DNA of 64,000 nt from Longimicrobiales bacterium. Its GTDB lineage: Bacteria > Gemmatimonadota > Gemmatimonadetes > Longimicrobiales > Gaopeijiaceae. Shown piece after piece: positions 31,722-41,314 of this stretch. The stretch covers positions 320,001 to 384,000 of the forward strand of contig CBDCNQ010000002.1 in the NCBI GenBank assembly GCA_965219445.1, given 5' to 3'. Each line of letters starts with the position of its first letter. The stretch's first letter is position 1. The notes under the pieces were generated by a model. The model searched no databases and was not told the origin of the DNA. It worked only from the letters and a program-made list of their open reading frames with translations. The position numbers and the translations under genes were made by a program.

Positions 31722-32774
31722 GTGGTGATCCGGGCACCCGTCCGGCTGGTCGATGCAGGATGGGGCCAGGAGCTGACGGCAGCTATTTGCGCGGACCGCA
31801 GTGACGTACGCATCGTCTGCCCGTTCATCAAGGAACGTGCACTTGAACGTCTCCTGTCGCATCGGCCCGGTGACGTTCGGGTGATTACCCGATTCAACCT
31901 GGCCGATTTCTCTGCAGGCGTCAGCGATGTGAAGGCCCTGCGAGTGCTACTCGACACCGGTGCCAGCGTCCGCGGTATCCGGAACCTCCATGCCAAGTTG
32001 TATCTCTTCGGGACAAGCTGAGCGATCATTACGTCGGCCAATCTCACAGAGGCCGCGCTCACCCGAAACCAGGAGTTCGGCGTGGTCGCCGACGACACAG
32101 CCGTCATCGAGGCCTGCCGGGACTACTTCGATGGGCTTTGGCGACGCGGTAGCTCGGACCTGTCCCGCGATATGCTCGATAGCTGGGAAAAAACCGTTAC
32201 CGGTCACCGTGCGGCTGGTGGGAGGCCCGATCGCGTGAAGGGGCTCGGCGATTTCGGCGCGGACGCGGGGCTTGCGGCCACACTACCCGTTTCCCTTCCC
32301 GTTGTCGTGGCGGATGCAGACCAGGCCTTCATCAAGTTTCTCGGCGAAGGCGATAATCGAGTGCCGGTTGCTTTCGCCACCATCGAGGAGATCGAACTGG
32401 CGGGCTGTCATTGGGCCGTCGCCTATCCCGCGACCCGACGCCCCAGAAGCGTCGAAGACGGCGCGATCATGTTCATCGCGCGGCTCACGGACGAGCCCGA
32501 CATTCGAATTTTCGGTCGCGCCATCGGCATGAAATATCGTCCGGTCCGGGACGACGCGTCGCCTGAGGACATTGCCCTTCGCCCGTGGAAGGAGAAGTGG
32601 CCGAGGTATGTCCGCGTGCATATCGTCAGCAGGCAGCCGTCGAACTTTCTTCGCACGGGATTTCCTGGGTCGGCGAGCGGCTCCAGGCAGCGTTCGACGA
32701 ACACGGCAAAGTTCCGCAGGACAAGCTCGACCAACTCGACTGGCCAGGTGATGCTTCCGGCACATCCCCAATGA
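31722..32774 (+). pseudogene. PLD (HKD) restriction-endonuclease-like protein with an in-frame stop
   Basis: RNLHAKLYLFGTS*AIITSANLT..AL..NQEFG; TGA at 32019-32021. Confidence 0.8.
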
Positions 32775-33073
32775 CGAGAGTCGCCACGTTCATATCCCCG
32801 ATGCCGATCACACCCGAGCAGCTCAAGGGTAAGTCCACGGTCCAGCACCCAGTTGCCGTCACTTGGGTGCTTTGCTTGAATGCTACAGGCAGCGGCGAGC
32901 CACCCAGGCGGTCGGCCCTGATAAAGGCGGCGATGAACGAGGGCGTTACTTACTACACGGCTCAGAAACAGGTTGATGAGTTCCTGGCCTGGCATCGGGC
33001 GGGGCGGGATCGACGACAGCTGCCTCGCAGGGTCGAACTCTCTCCGAGAGGTGCCAGTCTCATCACGTACTGA
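32771..33073 (+). CDS. Hypothetical protein
   Basis: ATGA overlap with the upstream ORF. Confidence 0.45.
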   Translation: MTRVATFISPMPITPEQLKGKSTVQHPVAVTWVLCLNATGSGEPPRRSALIKAAMNEGVTYYTAQKQVDEFLAWHRAGRDRRQLPRRVELSPRGASLITY

Positions 33074-33135
33074 TCGCTCTCTTGCAGTGACCTGCTATGG
33101 CTGAGTTTGCTCCGCCGCTTCACGGCGGCCCTCTC

Positions 33136-33390
33136 TGCCAACTTAGGTGAGACACGGAACGAGTAAAGAATTAGAGTAGGGCGAAGGCAGAGAAACCGAG
33201 GATGCTGAGACACCGAGAGAGAATGGAAGAGAATGGAATCGCCCCACTAACCTGGGAGGGTAAGCGAAGCGTGGCAGCCCCTCCGGACGCGGAGGTGGTA
33301 GATAAGCCGAGCCGCCGCCGGTTCAGTCCGTCGTACAAGCTACGGATCGTCGAAGAAGCGGACCGGTGCACGGAGCCCGGACGAGTGGGC
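33136..33390 (+). mobile_element. Left-end fragment of an IS3 related to 61499-63051
   Basis: TGCCAACTTAGGTGAGACAC IR plus orfA start MLRHRERMEENG. Confidence 0.85.
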
Positions 33391-33399
33391 TGCCTACGT

Positions 33400-34187
33400 C
33401 TAGAGGTCGATATCGACGCCGATCGGGCAGTGGTCGGAGCCCCGTTCGTCAGGCCAGATGAAGGCATCGTGGGTTCGCTTCATCGCGGTCGGTGACACGA
33501 GAACGTAGTCGATCCGCCATCCCACGTTCCGCTCACGGCGCCGCCCCATTGCCGCCACCAGGTGTAATGGCCGGGCTCGTCAGGATGCAGGGCGCGAAAG
33601 GTGTCCACCCAGCCCGCTCCGAGCCAGCGGTCTAGCTCGGCCCGCTCCTCGGGGAGGAACCCGCTGTTCTTGACATTGGATTTCGGGCGAGCGAGGTCGA
33701 TCTCGCGGTGGGCGGTATTGTAATCTCCGATCACGAGCACCGGGTACCGGCACCGTAACTGCTGTACCCGGCCGAATACCGCTCGATAGAAGTCGAGCTT
33801 GTAGCTGACCCGACTGTTGTCCCGGTCCTTTCCGCTTCCCTTGGGGAAATAGCCGTTGACAACTGCGAACCGCCCGCGGCCGGTCCGGAAGTGGGCAGCG
33901 ATGAACCGACCCTCGACGTCGAACCGTGGTTCTCCAAGGGCGGTCTCCACCCGCTCGGGCTCAAGCTTCGAGTAGATGCCGACACCACTGTATCCCCGAC
34001 GCTCGGCTACCGCGAACGTCGCGTGCCAGTTGGGCGGTGTGCGCGCGGCCAGAGGGATCTCCTCGGGCAGTGCGCGGACCTCCTGAATGCCGACGATGTC
34101 GGCTTCGGACCGGTCCAAGAAGTCCACGAATCCGCGCCGCACACAAGCGCGAATCCCGTTTACGTTCCAGCTCACGACCCGTATCAA
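33400..34187 (-). pseudogene. xth: Exodeoxyribonuclease III (Xth), frameshifted near the 3' end
   Basis: SWNVNGIRA, IQE, GYSGV, GDYNTAH, DTFR, YTWW; the terminal GWRIDY motif lies in another frame. Confidence 0.85.
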
Positions 34188-34194
34188 ATCTCAC

Positions 34195-34372
34195 CTCCGC
34201 CACGGTGGAGGCCAGGGCGCCCTTTCCCGCCTCCGGTGGAAATCCGGTGCTCGACTTCATCGCCTACGACGATCCGACACTCCACGCCGTGATCCGCGTC
34301 TGGTACTACGCGGCGCCCGCCGTCGCGGTGCGCCTCGCCGGCAGCTTGGCCCTCTCGGCCTTGAGAGTCTGA
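34195..34372 (+). pseudogene. Short gene fragment, possibly from a conjugation/coupling gene of the mobile element
   Basis: PFPASGGNPVLDFIAYDDPTLHAVIRVWYYAAPAV; assignment from context and recollection only. Confidence 0.3.
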
Positions 34373-34459
34373 CTCCGGCCGCGGGTGTTGCGGGCGCGAC
34401 CGATCTCAGTCTTACCACGCCGTGCGTCCCACAGGCCGGCACGACACCAATCCGCGCCA

Positions 34460-34999
34460 TCATCCCGGCTTGGCCGAACGGCTACGCGAGGTTCCGATCG
34501 TCCCGACAATGGCCCCCGCGATCCTGCCGTATTCCTGCTCTCCCAGCGACACCATTTGCCCCTCGACCGTTACAGCAGTGCGGACCGAGTTGGCGATGAA
34601 GCACTCTTCATGCGCGATCTCGTGGAGCTTCGCGAACGCTTCTGGAGACGGTGCCGGGGAGCCGAGGGAGACCTCGGGGCGGAGCACCACACGAGCGACC
34701 GTCATCTTGCCATCCGCGTTTCTTCCCATGAAGCCTGTGGCCGCATCCCGGTACCGGTCCACGACCAGCCCCTTTCGAACGGCGATCGCCAGGAAGGTGA
34801 GCATGTGGCAGCTCGCGAGAGATGCGACATACGCTTCCTCGGGATCTACGAAATCCGGGTTCCCGAGGTAGCCGGGAGCCGCGGACGCGCTGACTTGAAC
34901 CCCGCCCTCGAACGTCCACGTGTGATCGCAGGGGTAGGACGAGTACCTGAATTCGCCGTGGCCCCTCTCCCATTCGATTGTGGCGCGATGCTCCGACAT
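34460..34999 (-). CDS. OsmC/Ohr family protein
   Basis: VDPEEAYVASLASCHMLTFL, AHEECFIANSV. Confidence 0.9.
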   Translation of the reverse strand: MSEHRATIEWERGHGEFRYSSYPCDHTWTFEGGVQVSASAAPGYLGNPDFVDPEEAYVASLASCHMLTFLAIAVRKGLVVDRYRDAATGFMGRNADGKMTVARVVLRPEVSLGSPAPSPEAFAKLHEIAHEECFIANSVRTAVTVEGQMVSLGEQEYGRIAGAIVGTIGTSRSRSAKPG

Positions 35000-35475
35000 G
35001 TCTCGACCCCCCCTTGCCGGTCTCCCCGGCGTTCTTGGCCGGCCTCCGATCCGACGGTTATGTCGCTGTACAGCAGGTCTTTAGCGGCACGGAACGCCGC
35101 GGACAACCCGCGTAAGTTCGGTTCTTGGCATCAATAAGGCCCCAAACGCGAATCGCGGGGCGCCGTCGTGGTCTCATGGTCTGGATCGACGTAGACAAAG
35201 ACGGCGCGGCCGGTGTCCACAGCGACTGGCAACTTAGGTAGGAAGCCGCGCCGGGTGTTCCCGCGGCTCTGCGGTAGAGCCGTGAGGGCAGGAGCCCGCG
35301 CTCGATGCCGAGTTCTTCAAGAGCGACGTGGGGCTTCACATTATGGATTCCGCATCTCAATTCCCAAAGGGTGATCAATAAGGTGATCTTAGCATCGGAT
35401 ACGCACGATAACTATGAGTGCACACATGACTTAGGTCAGATACGATAGCGGACTGGACCTCCGCCCGCGCGTAGT

Positions 35476-36334
35476 CCAGCACCGTCCGACGTGGGGTGCC
35501 AAGCACGCTGGCCAGTGGGAGGCGACGCTGCGGACGTATGCGTATCCGAAGATCGGGGAGAAGCGGGTGGACTGGATCACCACGGCCGATATCATGGGAG
35601 TGCTGCTTCCGATCTGGAACGGGAAGTACCACACGGCCAAGCGGCTGCGGCAGCGGATCGCGACGGTGATGAAGTGGGCGATTGCGCAGGGCTACCGGCT
35701 GGACAACCCGGCGGGCGAGGCAATCGGGGCCGCGTTGCCCAAGCCCTCCCGCATCCAGAAGCACTACACGGCGCTGCCCTATGGGGAGGTGGCCGGGGCA
35801 ATCGACGCGGTGCGGCGATCCGAGGCGACGGTTTCGGTGAAGCTGGGCCTTGAGTTGATGATACTGACGGCCTGCCGGTCCGGGGAGGTGCGAGGGGCTC
35901 GGTGGGAGGAGATCGACCTGGAGGGCGGGGAGTGGACGATTCCGCCGGAGCGGATGAAGAACCGGAGGGAGCACCGGGTGCCGTTGTCGGCGCGGGCGCG
36001 GGAGGTTCTGGCCGAGGCCCGGGAGCACGCGCCCCGTTCGGAGTGGGTGTTCCCGTCTCCGAGGGGGCTACAGCTGAAGGACTTCGATTTCAGCGGTCTG
36101 TTCAAGGCGCTGGGGATCGCGGCCGTGCCGCACGGCTTCCGTTCGAGCTTCCGGGACTGGGCGGCCGAGCGCACGGACGCGCCGCATGCCGTCATGGAGG
36201 CGGCGCTGGCGTACGTGGTCTGCAACAAGGTGAAGGCGGCCTACGCCCGCTCGGACCTGTTCGAGCGCCGACGCGTCCTGATGGACGATTGGGCGGAGTA
36301 TCTGGCGGGGCGGAGAGCAAGCACCGAGGCCTAA
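35476..36334 (+). pseudogene. Tyrosine integrase lacking the N-terminal arm domain
   Basis: TACRSGEVRG, HRVPLS, HGFRSSFRDWAAE, AAYARSDL; paralog of 14957-16153. Confidence 0.88.
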
Positions 36335-36879
36335 CCTAATCCTCGTTGTGCCGCCGCTTCCGCGACGGGCTCAGAGGCCGTTTCCGGGCGTTCCACGGGC
36401 ATTTCGGGAAAGCTACGGGCCGTCGGATCGCCGCTGACGCGCGATCGCGGGTCGCCGAGGGGTACGGGTAGGGCGGAATGCGGCCACGGCAGAGAGCACC
36501 GCCGTCACCAAGGAGCGCCTGGTCACCCGTCGCCCTCGTCCTCCGTGACGCTGGTGAACAGTAGGCCGAGGAGCTTGTCCGCGACGGACCGGGGGCTGGT
36601 GAGCGGCAGCCGGATGTCGTACGCGGCCTCCAGGGCCTCCCGGAGATCCTGCACGCGCCAGAAGACCGGGGTGGGCTCCCCGCCGACCATCGTAATCGTC
36701 ACCCTCATCGTCACCGCCCTCACCCTCTGTCCTCAGAGCCGCCGGCTGATGAACGACGGGACGGCCGACTTGGCCGGTGAGCGTTGCGCCCGGACCCCGG
36801 TCCCAGCCGCTAATTGCGAGCCGTCGAGGCCCGATCCGATGGGCGGGCCAAGAGGGACTCCGCCCCTTCGATCCCCTAG

Positions 36880-37239
36880 GGAGGCCCGCGCTCCGCTGCG
36901 GCGTGCGTGTTCGCCCAGCGGCGGTCTGGTTCCGATCGTTGCCGATCGCGCGCGGCTTGGCGGCTCCGCTCGCGCCCAATGCCCGTGCCGGACGCGGTCC
37001 ACGTTCGCGTCCGCGCCACCGACTGCCACCGCAACCTCGTAGGCGGCGTGCTCCGCCGGGCGTTGACACGGGCGGTGAACATGACGGTGCGGCGGTCCGC
37101 GGGGGGCGCACCGGCGACGGGTTCGGGGGACGCCCCGCCCGCCCGCTGCGTCGGCAGCCGCGCGCAACGCTGGGGGTTCGAAGGGGGGCGCAGCATCTCC
37201 TTGCCAGACCGCAATGTTCAACATTGCGTGGGCTGGCTC
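36880..37239. other. Degenerate mobC (-) with putative oriT copy 3 (37170-37239)
   Basis: ARxIGNDRNQT..WANTH remnant; GCCAG-CGCAATGT TCA ACATTGCG-GGCTGGCTC. Confidence 0.6.
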
Positions 37240-37454
37240 ATGGCCCTTAGTCTCCGCCCAAGGTGCCGTGACGGCGACCGGAAACCCTCTGAGCTGCCGG
37301 TGATTGAGTAGCGCTTCGGCGGATGCGAACTACTTCACTGGGCGTATCAACGTGGAGAAGACAGGCGCATCGGCGGTGGCCAGCAGATTTCACGTCCACG
37401 ATGACGTCATGCCTATAGGGGAACTATGGGGGCAGATGGAGAGGCCTGTGAAAA

Positions 37455-38678
37455 TCAACCCGTCCCAGCGCCGGTGAAGGCTCCAGCGAGGGCATCTGCA
37501 ATTTCGTCAAATTCCTTGTCCATAAAGCTTTGAAACTCGCTTTCAACCCTGCTCTCGATATCTTCTATCGGTTGCCTTTCCAGTGTATGCCGATCGACCA
37601 TGTTTCTAGAATAGATCTGCGTGAACTTGCTAGTGAGCTTATCGCTGCCGCCCTGAAACAATCTTCGGTTCTTGCGGCTGAAGTCCAGAATGTCACGCCG
37701 TGGGCTATCTTCCTCGGTCGGTCCGATGACGATCGTCATCCTGATGAAGGTGGTCGTGTTCTTGATCTCGAAGAGGAGACTGTGTCCGGTCTGCGTCCAC
37801 TCATTTTCGGGAGTCGCGTTGAACGCCGGGATGCCTTCCCAAGCCTTGGGAAAGAACCTGATGTAGGATTTCGTCGGATGCACGACTTTGATCCGGCTGT
37901 CGTCCGAAGCGAGCTTCGCAGCCAACTCGCTGATCTCAAGCAGACGGTCAGGTCTATGTTCGAATATGAAATCGAGAGCAGCTCTGTGTTTTCGGTATAC
38001 AGCCCTCGCAATATTCGCGAGATCATTGTCGGTCACGATGTTTCTCCGCAGCATGCGAGCATAGTGATCCAAGGACATGGAGACGGCGTCGCTGAGGCGC
38101 TCTCTGTGCTTTCTGGTGAGGATCTCGACAACTGAGAGAACGTCGCTGTAGCCAACCGGTGTCCAGTTTTCGTCGGACGCCTCGTCTTTCTCGGGAGTCA
38201 GGTAGGCGAGGACGCGGTGGAATTCCCGATACTGCTCCTCCAGAAATGAGCGATATCGTTTCAGCTGGTCCGAATGTTCCTTGGACCCGACCTTATTCTC
38301 GACTGCTAACAGGAATCGGTGTGCCTCATCGATGCAAAGCACGTCGATCCGGTGGTACTCTCGTAGCACCAGGCAGCCCTCGAAGTCCACGAGGGTGATC
38401 TCACTGAGGGATAGCGGTCGAGATTCGGGCCGCATCGACTTAACAATCTCGACGACGAATCGGGTGAGGAATTCCGTGCCGAGACCATGCGTTTCATTCG
38501 GATCGAGAAGAAAGGCGAGAAAATGGGAATGCCGCTCTTCAGAGCGCGTGTGCCCTATCGCTTCGAAGATATTAAAGCCGCCCAGGTGCACCGCGATTTT
38601 GTCGATCCCGCCATCATCGAGCAGCAGTGCTTCGATCGCCGAAGCGATATTCTGCTGTCGAATATCCACCATAGTCAA
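37455..38678 (-). CDS. PD-(D/E)XK nuclease family protein (PDDEXK_4-like)
   Basis: FNIFEAIG..RSEERHSHFLAFLLDP..HGLG, RIDV, VENKV...E.SDQL.RY, YLTP. Confidence 0.85.
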   Translation of the reverse strand: MTMVDIRQQNIASAIEALLLDDGGIDKIAVHLGGFNIFEAIGHTRSEERHSHFLAFLLDPNETHGLGTEFLTRFVVEIVKSMRPESRPLSLSEITLVDFEGCLVLREYHRIDVLCIDEAHRFLLAVENKVGSKEHSDQLKRYRSFLEEQYREFHRVLAYLTPEKDEASDENWTPVGYSDVLSVVEILTRKHRERLSDAVSMSLDHYARMLRRNIVTDNDLANIARAVYRKHRAALDFIFEHRPDRLLEISELAAKLASDDSRIKVVHPTKSYIRFFPKAWEGIPAFNATPENEWTQTGHSLLFEIKNTTTFIRMTIVIGPTEEDSPRRDILDFSRKNRRLFQGGSDKLTSKFTQIYSRNMVDRHTLERQPIEDIESRVESEFQSFMDKEFDEIADALAGAFTGAGTG

Positions 38679-39064
38679 CCAAGTCCACTTGCTGGCATTT
38701 GCGGATGAGAGATCACCCGAGTAGGACTACGAGTACGGCAACAGCTGAAGGATCGTACCTGTGTTCATCGCCAGTTCTCACAAGATCGCTGAAGGTGCTG
38801 GACCTAGACAAGAGGCGATTGCTCTTTGCGAGTCGCTGGCGGGCAGACCTAGAGAGATCTCCTCTCGTTCACCCGCGGGGTGAGCCTCGATCCGGGTGTT
38901 CTCGTGGCTGGCTTGATCGTCGGGGCTGGACAGGCCTGTCCTAAACCCAGCGGGTAACACGATTTACGATCTTCGCACACACCCAGTGATACACGTCTCC
39001 CGCAAGGTACTGCCAAGTCGTTGTCCCATAGGAACTTGCGAAGAGTGATCCCTGCTTCTACAAC

Positions 39065-39139
39065 GAAGCACGCCCGCACTCGTCGCTGGGCGGACGGACG
39101 CCGGGCGAGGCCTATCGCGAAGGCGCGGAGGTGTGGTGA
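39065..39139 (+). pseudogene. IS3 OrfB, 3' end
   Basis: (FYN)EARPHSSLGGRTPGEAY...*, in frame with DFYN at 14763-14774. Confidence 0.9.
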
Positions 39140-39384
39140 GGACGATCCGGCGCGACGCCACCCAACCGGCGCAACGACGCCTGCGATCGTCACGGGATCT
39201 ACGCGCGGCCCTTCCCTCCGTCTTCCCATCGGGAACCAGTCCCGACGGGAAGGCGGAGGTTATATTCAAACCGGGCTCGAAGGAGAACACCCAGCCTCAA
39301 GCGGGACCCCGAGGGCTTTGGAGACCATCGGAATCCACCTTAAGATCGCCCTCGGACTGTCCAACGAAGTAGGACCACCTCAGG

Positions 39385-39852
39385 GTGAGAGAGATCGTCG
39401 ACGATTTGCGCGTGCTGGTCCCGGATCGCGACGTGAGGTTCGATGTGGAGCCCGGAATCAAGGCTCATGGGGACGCGACGCTTGTGAAGATTCTCTTGAC
39501 CAACCTGCTCCAGAATGCATGGAAGTACACCGGGCCTTGCGATGACGCTTGGATCGAGCTTGGCGTCGTGGAGGACGAGGATGACGGCCCGATCTATCAC
39601 GTCCGTGATAATGGGATCGGCTTCGACAACTCCGACAGCGAGATCATTTTTCAACCCTTCGAGCGGCTGCATACCCGGACGGAGTTTGCGGGGAGCGGAC
39701 TCGGGCTGGCCACCGTCGAGCGAATCGTACGTCGCCACCGTGGAGAAGTGTGGGGAGACGGCGTATTGGGAGAGGGGGCGGTCTTCCGATTCACCCTCGG
39801 ATCTCCATCGACCGAGCCTCACGGGGGTGAAGGACGGCGCCTGGAGAGGTAG
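39385..39852 (+). pseudogene. Histidine kinase C-terminal HATPase half
   Basis: NLLQNAWKYT, VRDNGIGF, FQPFERLH, GSGLGLA boxes; starts just after the IS3 IRR. Confidence 0.92.
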
Positions 39853-39866
39853 GCGGCCACCCAGTC

Positions 39867-40907
39867 GTGGCGAGTCCCGAGGCCTTCACGGTGTACACGC
39901 AGAACGTGTACCTCGGGGGCGACACGGGACCGATCTTCACGATCGACTTCAGCGATATCCCCGCCCTGAGCGCGGCGACGAGCCTGTTCTGGGCAGAGGT
40001 CCAGGTCAGCGACGTGCCCGAACGTGTGACCGCCATCGTCGACGAGCTCGACACGCGGCGACCGCATCTGGTCGGTCTCCAGGAGGTGTTCCGGTTCGTG
40101 GAGGTCGAGCTCACCACCGGGACCCCGACCGTCGTCACGGTCATCGACCTCCTCGCCTCGATCGAGGCCGAGATCGCTGCGCGAGCACTCCCGTACGAGG
40201 TCATCGCCGTGCAGGCGAACACGTCGACCGGCACGACACTGGGGTTGCCACTCTCGGCCACGCGGATCCTGCAGTTCACCGACCGCGTGGTGGCGCTCCG
40301 TCGAACCGATGTTGCCGTATCGGGGAACGATCACGGCACCTACACGGAGACGTTCCCGCTCGGGCCATTGACGCTCGAGCGAGGTTGGATCCGGCTCAGC
40401 ACTGAGAGGGACGGCGTCCCGTATCACTTCGTGACCACGCACCTCGAGATCCAGGCCCTCGCGTCCGTACAGGCTGCGCAGGCCGCCGAGCTGATGAACG
40501 TGGTCCTGGGGGGCTTGGAAGGCGTCACGATCGTGGCGGGTGACCTGAACTCGGATCCCGAGAACCCGGGTGCGCCGTCCTGGACGCCGACATACGACGA
40601 CATGATCGCGGCCGGGTTCACGGACGCTTGGGAACGGACCAGGCGCTCGCCCAGAGATTCGGGATTCACGTGCTGCCAGGATCCCAACCTCCGCAATGGT
40701 CCCTCGCTCCTCGATCAACGGATCGACTTCGTCCTCGTGAGGTGGCCGGACAATGCGTTGAAGAGCCGGAAGATCCGCGGCGGCGTGGAAGTCGAGATCG
40801 TCGGTGGGGAGCAGGAAAACCGCACCCCGACGAACGGTCTGTGGCGGGCGAATCACGCCGGACTCGTCGCGGTACTCGAGCTCGCTGAGACGAAGTCGGG
40901 TACCTAA
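39867..40907 (+). CDS. Endonuclease/exonuclease/phosphatase family protein
   Basis: TQNVYLG, LVGLQE, TTHLE, AGDLNS, RIDFV motifs; the final SDH motif reads ANH. Confidence 0.8.
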   Translation: MASPEAFTVYTQNVYLGGDTGPIFTIDFSDIPALSAATSLFWAEVQVSDVPERVTAIVDELDTRRPHLVGLQEVFRFVEVELTTGTPTVVTVIDLLASIEAEIAARALPYEVIAVQANTSTGTTLGLPLSATRILQFTDRVVALRRTDVAVSGNDHGTYTETFPLGPLTLERGWIRLSTERDGVPYHFVTTHLEIQALASVQAAQAAELMNVVLGGLEGVTIVAGDLNSDPENPGAPSWTPTYDDMIAAGFTDAWERTRRSPRDSGFTCCQDPNLRNGPSLLDQRIDFVLVRWPDNALKSRKIRGGVEVEIVGGEQENRTPTNGLWRANHAGLVAVLELAETKSGT

Positions 40908-41039
40908 CCATGGTCACTCAATAGCGATCTGAGGGTTCCTGATTCAGAGCAAATTGGCATCACCGCTCCCGAGAAGGGAGCTGTTTGACTTCTTCTCTGT
41001 CCACCTTTCAGTATCGGGGTTAGGTCACTAACGGACTGA

Positions 41040-41200
41040 TTGGCGTACACACCGCGTCCTCAAAGTCCGTCCAGTTCAGCCCCAGGGCATGCCGCAAACG
41101 ATCCTCGTCCACCTCCACGACTTGCAGCAACTGAAGCAGGTCCAAACCTCGATGCCAACTCCGAGACCGTGGTGTCGTTCCTCCGCGAAAACTGCTTAGC
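41040..41200 (-). pseudogene. PIN-domain toxin fragment
   Basis: LRHALGLNWTDFEDAV. Confidence 0.5.
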
Positions 41201-41314
41201 CCGCACAATCAGGGTCTTGTCGACTGATAACGTGAGTTTGGTCTTCGGATCGAACTGGCGCTGCTCGTCTGAGACGCTTGCCGCCCAACACGCCTTAGAC
41301 GCATATTGTCCGCC

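Larger units (their letters stand above)
14765..39064. mobile_element. Tyrosine-integrase genomic island (composite integrative mobilisable element)
   Basis: Direct repeat CTTCTACAAC at 14765-14774 and 39055-39064; integrase at the left end; GTGATACAC and GTCCCATAG motifs inside both ends. Confidence 0.85.
13661..39380 (+). mobile_element. IS3-family element expanded by a 24.3-kb internal insertion
   Basis: IRL AGGTGGTCC..TTGGACAG..TTAAGGTGGATTCC from 13661; IRR GGAATCCACCTTAA..CTGTCCAA..GGACCACCT ending 39380; orfB halves at both ends. Confidence 0.88.

Noticed and set aside
32019..32021. TGA as selenocysteine or recoding in the PLD nuclease
   Set aside because: Not a Cys-type position (CGA>TGA is a simpler explanation), and neighbouring genes are also decayed.
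14765..39064. Prophage
   Set aside because: No structural, terminase or lysis genes; content is int/rep/mob remnants and cargo.
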